Shown: positions 29,518-36,115 of the stretch, piece by piece
Layout: the number at the start of each line of letters is the position of its first letter
How positions within the stretch are numbered: the first letter of the stretch is position 1
IMG/VR virus record: IMGVR_UViG_3300022699_000302
Location: 130,115 to 194,114 of that record
Length of the DNA stretch: 64,000 nt
Strand: one strand, 5' to 3'
Source: a virus
Notes under the pieces: model-generated
What the model saw: only the letters and a program-made list of their open reading frames with translations
Told to the model about the DNA's origin: nothing
The model's database searches: none
Program-made: the position numbers and the translations under genes

Positions 29518-31090
29518 AAAGGTCTATCGGTCCGACGCCTTCCCAGTCATCATTCACATCCGAGAAGGGCTCAAGTACAACATTACGGATCGACCCTACA
29601 TGAAGGAGATCCTCGAGCACCGGTCTGAATACACCACCTGGAAGTGTGGTCGTCAGGTCGGTAAGTCGGTCAACCTCGGTGGCGACTCTGCTATTGAAGG
29701 GGCCATACATCCCGGCTTAGGGCAACTCTACGTGGCCCCTCGCGGTGAGCAGTCCCAGACATTTAGCCGAATGGTCTTTGCTCCGATGTGCAAGTACAGC
29801 CCGTTCCTTCAGAAGTTTATACCGAAAGGGAAAGACGCGGTCTGGCAGATCGGTACTCGAGAGTTTACCAACGGCTCTTATTTTTACTTCAGATCTGCTT
29901 ATCTCGATCCCGACTCGATTCGTGGTTTGACTGCATATCGCATCAAATTCGATGAGTACCAAGATTTCATCTCAGATCATGTCGGGCCGATCGAGGAGTG
30001 TGCCGGTAACGCTCCTCCTGAAGTTCGGCAATTCTATCGAAGCGGTACTCCGAAGACTTTTCAAAACCCACTGGAGAGATCTTGGCAGGATTCGTCGCAG
30101 TGCGAGTGGTTTATCCGGTGTCCGTCCTGCGGTCACTACAACTTCCAAGACGTCCACATTCTCGAGCCAGAGAGGTATGTCTGTCATAAATGCAAAGGGA
30201 CTTTAGATCCCCGCATCGGTATCTGGGTTCCTGGAAGAGAAGACAGACTGGGTGAGCACGATGGTTGGCGTATTACGCAATTGATGAACCCCAACGTCAC
30301 TCCGAAGATCTTGTGGAAGAAGCTCAAAGACTACCCGATTTCACAGTTCTTCAACGAGTGCCTTGGCCTGTCTTATTCAGAGGGTAAGCTTGTTTTATCC
30401 GAAGAGGACATGGTTCGAGCTTGTGTCCCCAAAAAGAAGATGCTTCAGCCTTACGAGAGATCCGGTATGGCTTTGGTGGCGGGTATCGACTGGGGTACTG
30501 GTGGTGTCGGGGCAACCCGTAAGCGCGGTCAGACCCAGGTTAGTTACACCACACTAACCATTGGTGGGCTGAGGAACGGGCAATTCCATGTTGTCTACAT
30601 GAAGCGGTTTACCGGACGAGAAGCAGAGCTCTCGGCTCAGCCCGGTATTATCCATCGACTCTTGAATCAGTACGGTGTTCGCCTGGTTATGTCGGACTGG
30701 GGGTTCGGCGCACCCCTGGCTGCTGTCTTGATGAACAAGTATGACTGGAAATACCGTAACTTCTTCCAGGTCCAGGAAGGTGCTCAATCTGCTCTGATCA
30801 AATGGAATAAGCAGGCCCATCGATACATCTTGGACCGGAACGAGGGATTCCTGAAGGTTATCGAAGATATCAAGGGCGGACGCATCACCTTCTTCGAGTG
30901 GGAGCAGATGAAGGAATTCGCCCAGGATTTCACTACGATCTTTGTCGAGCTCGACGCCGATAAGCGTAAGATGAGGTTCGACCATAAAGATCCGGACGAC
31001 TGCTTTCACTCAACCATGTATTCGTATCTTGGAGCGTTGAAGTTGGCCGGTGCCCTGTCCCGATACGATCTCACTTCGTTGACGAAATAA
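29483..31090 (+). CDS. terL: Terminase large subunit (GpA-like, with Zn ribbon)
   Basis: Walker A CGRQVGKS, YVAP, Walker B IKFDEYQD, SGTP coupling motif, CPSC/CHKC, nuclease GIDWG and DDCFHS. Confidence 0.92.
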   Translation: MVSNATAEPAPKKVYRSDAFPVIIHIREGLKYNITDRPYMKEILEHRSEYTTWKCGRQVGKSVNLGGDSAIEGAIHPGLGQLYVAPRGEQSQTFSRMVFAPMCKYSPFLQKFIPKGKDAVWQIGTREFTNGSYFYFRSAYLDPDSIRGLTAYRIKFDEYQDFISDHVGPIEECAGNAPPEVRQFYRSGTPKTFQNPLERSWQDSSQCEWFIRCPSCGHYNFQDVHILEPERYVCHKCKGTLDPRIGIWVPGREDRLGEHDGWRITQLMNPNVTPKILWKKLKDYPISQFFNECLGLSYSEGKLVLSEEDMVRACVPKKKMLQPYERSGMALVAGIDWGTGGVGATRKRGQTQVSYTTLTIGGLRNGQFHVVYMKRFTGREAELSAQPGIIHRLLNQYGVRLVMSDWGFGAPLAAVLMNKYDWKYRNFFQVQEGAQSALIKWNKQAHRYILDRNEGFLKVIEDIKGGRITFFEWEQMKEFAQDFTTIFVELDADKRKMRFDHKDPDDCFHSTMYSYLGALKLAGALSRYDLTSLTK

Positions 31091-31126
31091 AATAAAAGAA
31101 AAAGACAAGGGCCCCCGAAGGGGCCC
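31091..31126 (-). terminator. Intrinsic terminator closing the minus-strand island
   Basis: GGGCCCC-TTCG-GGGGCCC followed by TTGTCTTTTTCTTTT. Confidence 0.8.
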
Positions 31127-31148
31127 CTGGAAGTGGCTGAATCTTCTG

Positions 31149-31466
31149 TTATGCAGCGGGTGTCACCACTTCGTGTTGCTCTTCCTCGATCGGTACGGCT
31201 CGATCCTCACCGAGTCCACGACCCTCTTTCTTCCTGATGTAGACCAGGGCCGAGAGTGCCGCGATGCCGGCGATGAACGCAGCACCGATCAAGAGGGGAT
31301 TGGCGACGATTCCGAGTAGCAGGAAACCGCCGGCCATCCCCGTTAGGGTAAACGGTGCGAACTTCCTTGTTGTGGAAGTCCACTTTCCGTAGGCCTCTGA
31401 CGCGGCCCAGCCGAACGAAGCAACCGCAAGAGCAGCGGTTGCAACGCTGAGGATGAATGTGAACAT
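31149..31466 (-). CDS. Small membrane protein (about 3 TM)
   Basis: GGAGG RBS; three hydrophobic segments. Confidence 0.7.
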   Translation of the reverse strand: MFTFILSVATAALAVASFGWAASEAYGKWTSTTRKFAPFTLTGMAGGFLLLGIVANPLLIGAAFIAGIAALSALVYIRKKEGRGLGEDRAVPIEEEQHEVVTPAA

Positions 31467-31510
31467 GATACCTCCTGGACAAGTTCACAGATTAGTCGCG
31501 CGAAAGCTGC

Positions 31511-31852
31511 CTACGCAGCAGCCTTCATGGTCGAGCCCTGGAACCCCAGGTACTCGAAGGTCTGACCCCACGAAGTCTTCTGACCTCGCAAACGGCGAAG
31601 CGATTTACGCATCGCCCAGGCATCGACACCGCACGCCAGGATCAGCGTGGCGCCACCGACGATGGATATGGGATTGCCGGTCAAGATCCCGAGGGCGATG
31701 GCGGCACCGCCCCCCAGTACTCCGGTGTAGATTGCCAATCGCCTCATTTTGGGTTCTCGGCTCGTGTTCCTCGACCCGAAGCTGGCGCCGGTGAAGAAGA
31801 TCGACCCGCTCAGCAGAGCGGACGTGACAAGCGAAAAGATTGCCATGAACAT
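31511..31852 (-). CDS. Small membrane protein (about 3 TM)
   Basis: AAGGAGG RBS; three hydrophobic segments. Confidence 0.7.
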   Translation of the reverse strand: MFMAIFSLVTSALLSGSIFFTGASFGSRNTSREPKMRRLAIYTGVLGGGAAIALGILTGNPISIVGGATLILACGVDAWAMRKSLRRLRGQKTSWGQTFEYLGFQGSTMKAAA

Positions 31853-31892
31853 GCTAACCTCCTTATGTTTAGGACTAGATACCTCTCTATTT

Positions 31893-31901
31893 TCTTAGGC
31901 C
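31893..31901 (-). promoter_or_regulatory. GGCCTAAGA promoter-like motif, copy 2
   Basis: 41 nt upstream of ATG 31852 and adjacent to palindrome copy 4. Confidence 0.6.
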
Positions 31902-31905
31902 ATAT

Positions 31906-31928
31906 TTGGTTGCATCTGGTGCAACCAA
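31906..31928. repeat. 23-bp dispersed palindrome, copy 4 (intergenic)
   Basis: TTGGTTGCATC T GGTGCAACCAA (one deviation from the consensus). Confidence 0.9.
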
Positions 31929-31936
31929 GTCGAGGT

Positions 31937-31963
31937 AAAATAAAAGGACCCCGGAGGGTCCTT
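31937..31963 (-). terminator. Intrinsic terminator
   Basis: AAGGACCC-TCCG-GGGTCCTT followed by TTATTTT, directly after stop 31962. Confidence 0.75.
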
Positions 31964-32309
31964 AAATTTGATCCATCATCCACTTATAGGTTAGGGGTGT
32001 CGGGGTAAAGACAACATACGACCCTGCCCCTTCTTTGACTGAAAATAGATTAGTTTCCTCCAGGTAGCTTTTCCCTCTTTCCCTGGATACCCGGGTACGC
32101 AGTCCAGCCGCTCGAGAAAAACTGACAAACGGGATAATCATCGGGTCACCTGGTTGAAGGGTTATTTTCTTGGCCAGGATTTTCAGTTTTTGGTACAAGA
32201 ACAGCGCGCTTTTTTCGCTGGGAGGGAATCGATAGTGGACCCATTCCGCTTCGGATTCGAATTCAGACTCAAATTCGTCTTCTCCGTTAAAGGCTGTTTC
32301 GGCAGTCAT
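31962..32309 (-). CDS. Hypothetical protein, possibly winged-helix
   Basis: CAGGAG RBS; helix-turn-helix-like FSRAAGLRTRVSRERGKSYLEE followed by a beta-hairpin. Confidence 0.5.
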   Translation of the reverse strand: MTAETAFNGEDEFESEFESEAEWVHYRFPPSEKSALFLYQKLKILAKKITLQPGDPMIIPFVSFSRAAGLRTRVSRERGKSYLEETNLFSVKEGAGSYVVFTPTPLTYKWMMDQI

Positions 32310-32326
32310 GGCATCTCCTGATAGTA

Positions 32327-32363
32327 AGAAAACGGAACAGGGGCCCCCTCGCGGAGGCCCCTG
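32327..32363 (-). terminator. GC-rich hairpin, terminator or 3' end of the ncRNA
   Basis: CAGGGGCCTCC-GCGA-GGGGGCCCCTG followed by TTCCGTTTTCT. Confidence 0.65.
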
Positions 32364-32534
32364 CTAGATGTTGGTCGAGGATAAGTACGAGCAGATTAGC
32401 TACCGGGCTTATACCTTAGACACAGATGTGGGCGGGCGAGTCATTGCCCTGATGCCCAGACACAGATAGGTTTGACCGGCTGTAAATCATCCCCTCTCGA
32501 GGACAATTTTCCATTGGTCTCGCCCAACACCAGC
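32363..32534 (-). ncRNA. Candidate structured ncRNA of about 172 nt (unassigned)
   Basis: Ends pair (GCTGGTGTTGGGCGAG with CTCGACCAACATCTAGC); 11-bp stem with GAGA tetraloop at 32484-32509; twin ATCTGTGTCT at 32418-32427 and 32458-32467. Confidence 0.65.
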
Positions 32535-32543
32535 ACCTCCGAA

Positions 32544-33062
32544 CTACTCAAAGAGTGATTCAGGGATGTCCATCTCAACTTCCTGGGCGTTCAGGGTGGC
32601 GAGCGTCGAACGGAGTGAAGCTAACCGTCCCGCCCAGGTTTCAGCTTGCTTGCCGGCGTCTTCCCGGCTGTACCGTTTTTCCGCGTACTCCTTGTCGGCC
32701 TCTTTGACGGTACGCGTGTCGTCGTCGTAGTAGCGGCGACGGTCCCGCTTCGGGGCGGCCATCCGCCTCCACTTTTTCTCGATCCGAGAGACCGGTCCCA
32801 CCAACTTGATGATGAGGGCCAGGGAGATCTTCCCGAAGGACTTCATTTCAGCCGCAACCTTGAGGTTGTACTGCTGGTTGGCTTCCTGCAGCTGGCAGGC
32901 CTTTTCTTCCGCGCGGAACAGATCCAGCGTGATCTCGTCCATCGGCCGCTTGTCGTCGTCCTTGAAGCCGGTCTTGGAGTCGTCGAACTCAGAGTTCAGC
33001 ATATCGATCTTCAAGTTCGTCTTCTTCAGCTCCTCTCGGAGCTTGTATCCTGTGACTTTCAT
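32544..33062 (-). CDS. DIP1984-like coiled-coil protein (172 aa)
   Basis: GAGGA RBS before ATG 33062. The pattern LQEANQQYNLKV / ISLALIIKL / AETWAGRLASLRSTLATLNAQEVE resembles the DIP1984 family (recognition from memory). Confidence 0.55.
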   Translation of the reverse strand: MKVTGYKLREELKKTNLKIDMLNSEFDDSKTGFKDDDKRPMDEITLDLFRAEEKACQLQEANQQYNLKVAAEMKSFGKISLALIIKLVGPVSRIEKKWRRMAAPKRDRRRYYDDDTRTVKEADKEYAEKRYSREDAGKQAETWAGRLASLRSTLATLNAQEVEMDIPESLFE

Positions 33063-33088
33063 GGGTCCTCGATAAAATGGGAGTGGAA

Positions 33089-33185
33089 CAAGTGTGGTGG
33101 AGGCCGACCGTCCCACTACGATCGACCTCCGGGGCTTCGCGTTGCCGGGGGCAGAGGCAACTACAGGCGAAGCGACCCACACTTG
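33089..33185 (-). ncRNA. Candidate three-way-junction RNA, 97 nt (unassigned)
   Basis: P1 CAAGTGTGG/CCACACTTG; P2 GCTTCGC+GTTGCC/GGCAAC+GCGAAGC; P3 13 bp with two G.U wobbles that pair only on the minus strand. Confidence 0.7.
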
Positions 33186-33191
33186 GAGCAG

Positions 33192-33410
33192 TTACTTCTC
33201 GGCAGTGAACGCCTCAAACAACCCGATGTTTCGCCATCGGTTTCCATCTTCTGACAACTCCAGGACCGTGAGGCCTCCGGGAATGTTTTTCCCGAAAACG
33301 TCTCGGACCAAGAGTTCGAGTCTGTCGCGGTCAACTCCGCCTTCGTGGGGTTGGCGTAGCTGCAGAGCTACGCCGTTTTCCGCGACCCAGTATTTTCCTG
33401 AGCCTGACAT
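33192..33410 (-). CDS. Hypothetical protein (72 aa)
   Basis: AGGAGG RBS 5 nt before the ATG. Confidence 0.7.
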   Translation of the reverse strand: MSGSGKYWVAENGVALQLRQPHEGGVDRDRLELLVRDVFGKNIPGGLTVLELSEDGNRWRNIGLFEAFTAEK

Positions 33411-33452
33411 TTTAACCTCCTGGATAGCGGGACAATAATTCCTGCTTCATGG

Positions 33453-33461
33453 TCTTAGGCC
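33453..33461 (-). promoter_or_regulatory. GGCCTAAGA promoter-like motif, copy 3
   Basis: 43 nt upstream of ATG 33410. Confidence 0.6.
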
Positions 33462-33523
33462 GAGACTTACAGCCTTTTTGGTGCTAAATCTCTAACCTGT
33501 TGATGAGGCCATGGGAGAACTCA

Positions 33524-34990
33524 ATGGAGATAACACCGTATTCGCTTGGTCGAATGGTGAACGAAGCCGCATCCGGCTTCAGCGAATCCAAAGACCTAAA
33601 CAAGGAAGTCGCTAAAGTCGCAGAAGCCAATGAGCTAACGCCGACTCAGATTCAGGCTTTGGTAGAAGAGTCGAATCATGAGGTCTACCGCCGTCTCTAC
33701 AAGACAGCGGAGGACAAGCGATTCACTTTTAATATGGCAGAAACGGATAAAGTTCTGGATCTGCTACATCCCGGTGAATCAAAGCTGAAGGTAGCCGAGG
33801 TATCCTCAGTCGGATTCGATGAGCTTCGAATCGATTTTACCCGGGAGAAGCGTGCATCCGAAAAGATTGCGCAGCCGATTCCGGATTGGATTCGTGATGA
33901 TAACGCCAGGCTCCGCACCACCAAGCACCTGCTCAGAGGATCCTCGGACGAACTGAAGAAGTACGCCGAACAGTTCCGTCAGAAAGCCAATTATTCCAAA
34001 CTTGCGGCGGCGGAAGCTGCTAGTCGTTTTCTCCACGAGGTTCAACAGAACGTCCGGAACGGCATCCCCTATCAGACCCTGTATAAGTTGGCTGTGGCCC
34101 AGGCCCCCGATTTTCAGCCGGCGATCCAGGGTGTCTTTGAAGACATCCGTGAGGAGTATCTGAAGACAGCAACCGAAGTTGAGACCGATCTTCTTGAGTT
34201 TGATCCCGAAAAAATCGACGGTAAGGACGAAATCGGTACTCGCGTGGTCAACGGAAACAATCCGTTGTTCATCCATCTCACAACGATTTTGGATGAGTGC
34301 AAGAATCGCTTCCTTGCCGATCCTCTGAGCCGCCATCTCGAAGATACGGCTAGTGCTATTGTTTCATCGATGCATCGACTTAATACTCCGGACGATGTCG
34401 ATTCCTACATTGCGAATGAGGCGCAAAGATTCGCTCACGCCGTAAAGATGGGATCGGATGAAGCGATTACCGCCTGCGGTATTCTCGAGTTCGAACGACT
34501 CGAGCAGGCCGGTGAGAATCTGAAAACAGCTGCTGCTGAAAGCCCTTGGTTGGCGGAGATCAGCAAAGGAGCTGCTGGCGGGGCTCCTGCCACTGTCGGA
34601 AAAGCGATTTCTAAACTTCCAGTCCCCGGGGCTAGCCTTGCAGGAAGTGCGGTTCGAGGGACAGGTGAGGCGTTGAAGGCCGCTCCGGGTCGTATGGCTC
34701 GTGGAGCTAAAGGGCTTGTGAGCGGAGGCAAAGGTCTTTATGAAGGCGCCAAATGGCTTGGAAAAGGAAAGAAGCTTTTCCTTCCCAAGGGACGTATCTA
34801 CGAGATGATGTTCAGTCCTGCTGGGTTCGGGTCCGGTAAGGGCGGGCAGGGTACCGGTCTTGCCGGCCTTGCCACTGCGTTGTATGGCGGCGGACAGGCT
34901 CTGGAAGGTGCTGGTCGGGCCGCGAGTCAATTTGGTGAAGCTGCTCTGAGTCCGGGCGAGCGCATCACGGGTATTGGTATGGCGAGGTAA
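33524..34990 (+). CDS. Putative internal head protein rich in KxA motifs
   Basis: GGAG RBS before ATG 33524; more than 10 KxA/G motifs; Gly-rich amphipathic C-terminus. Confidence 0.65.
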   Translation: MEITPYSLGRMVNEAASGFSESKDLNKEVAKVAEANELTPTQIQALVEESNHEVYRRLYKTAEDKRFTFNMAETDKVLDLLHPGESKLKVAEVSSVGFDELRIDFTREKRASEKIAQPIPDWIRDDNARLRTTKHLLRGSSDELKKYAEQFRQKANYSKLAAAEAASRFLHEVQQNVRNGIPYQTLYKLAVAQAPDFQPAIQGVFEDIREEYLKTATEVETDLLEFDPEKIDGKDEIGTRVVNGNNPLFIHLTTILDECKNRFLADPLSRHLEDTASAIVSSMHRLNTPDDVDSYIANEAQRFAHAVKMGSDEAITACGILEFERLEQAGENLKTAAAESPWLAEISKGAAGGAPATVGKAISKLPVPGASLAGSAVRGTGEALKAAPGRMARGAKGLVSGGKGLYEGAKWLGKGKKLFLPKGRIYEMMFSPAGFGSGKGGQGTGLAGLATALYGGGQALEGAGRAASQFGEAALSPGERITGIGMAR

Positions 34991-34992
34991 AT

Positions 34993-35706
34993 ATGCCGTC
35001 ATTGGTTGAAAAGTACAGCAGTCTCCTTGAAGACCTTAAGATGTCGGATCAAGAGGCTGAAGATGTAGCAGGATTCGTTGCTGACGTCACTGAGGCTAAG
35101 CTAGCCGGCGATGATGAAGCTGCTTCTCGAGCCCTCTATTGCTACCTCGCTACTCTCCCTGGAGAAGCTCAGGTCAAGCTGGCAAAAATGGTTCAGTACA
35201 TCGACGAAGAAGGTGGTGAGCTCGAGAAGAACGCCAACATCATGAAGTGGTTCAAAGGCATGGGACCGGTGGGTAAGGGTCTTATGGCCGGCGGTCTTGG
35301 TGTCGGTGTTCCGGCAGCTGTTGGAGGTGTTCTCCAGTTGGCCGGCAAAGCACTCGACAAAGCTATGGCGGATCGCGGCGGTAAGGTATTGGAGACGGCT
35401 ACGCAGAAATTCCCGGACCTGCAGGGCGATATGGGTCAGACCGTTGCGAACTATGCCACGATCCAGAAATTCGCTCCCACTCTTGCTAGTGACCCCAACG
35501 CAGTCGGTGGTCTCTTGTCGAACCTTCAGCAACTCGGCCCCGGAGCCATGACCTATCAGACCCTTCAGAACCTGGCGAAAATGGAAGCGGATGTCCAGAA
35601 GGCCCGTAAGGATCGCTCAGGGTTCTTCTCGACACTGGCTGAGGGAGCCTCTGGTGCTATGGGTGGCGCAGGAAGCGCTCTGACCCGGGGCATGATGGGC
35701 GTGTAA
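34993..35706 (+). CDS. Putative internal head/ejection protein
   Basis: Acidic N-terminus, EKNA, then a Gly-rich hydrophobic segment. Confidence 0.6.
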   Translation: MPSLVEKYSSLLEDLKMSDQEAEDVAGFVADVTEAKLAGDDEAASRALYCYLATLPGEAQVKLAKMVQYIDEEGGELEKNANIMKWFKGMGPVGKGLMAGGLGVGVPAAVGGVLQLAGKALDKAMADRGGKVLETATQKFPDLQGDMGQTVANYATIQKFAPTLASDPNAVGGLLSNLQQLGPGAMTYQTLQNLAKMEADVQKARKDRSGFFSTLAEGASGAMGGAGSALTRGMMGV

Positions 35707-36113
35707 TGCCGATTGATTATAGCCAAATCCGAACGCATACGAACGACCCCTACCCGCCGACGGGTGGAGGAGCTCGTAACTACAACCGCTCTAATCTTAT
35801 TCCCCTGCCCTCGATCCAGGGTCAGCCTCTCCACAGCGCGGATCCCCATGGTTACGGAGATATCGATGAGACCTACGTCGATGATCCTGTAGAGCAGGAA
35901 AAAAGGCCAACGATTGATCCAGTTCGTACTATGATTGGAGGCGTTAGCGGTCTCTTGGGAGGCGCTGCCGGCTCTCCGATAGGTCGACTGATCAAAGGTA
36001 AGCGACCTGTATTGGATCCGAGTGAGATGGCCACGATGGGCGCTATTGGTGCCGGTACAGTCGGAGCCGCTACTCTGGGACGACAGATTCTGTCGAAGCT
36101 CTTGAGAGGATAG
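35706..36113 (+). CDS. Gly-rich hypothetical virion protein
   Basis: Coupled ORF with two Gly-rich hydrophobic helices. Confidence 0.55.
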   Translation: MPIDYSQIRTHTNDPYPPTGGGARNYNRSNLIPLPSIQGQPLHSADPHGYGDIDETYVDDPVEQEKRPTIDPVRTMIGGVSGLLGGAAGSPIGRLIKGKRPVLDPSEMATMGAIGAGTVGAATLGRQILSKLLRG

Positions 36114-36115
36114 TT

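Noticed and set aside
32455-32530. 30-codon GTG ORF after a GGAGG inside the ncRNA candidate
   Set aside because: The start region is buried in the predicted closing stem and the peptide has no features. The RNA-structure explanation accounts for far more of the sequence, although translation is not excluded.
33089-33185. Assignment as a hammerhead ribozyme, purine riboswitch or tRNA
   Set aside because: It lacks CUGAnGA/GAAA, the purine-riboswitch junction nucleotides, and a TTC-containing T-loop or cloverleaf.
8586-33435. TTGTCCCGC (8586) and its reverse complement GCGGGACAA (33427) as an sRNA-mRNA seed
   Set aside because: It is only 9 nt and may lie upstream of the transcription start at 33.4 kb. 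Chance cannot be excluded without TSS data.
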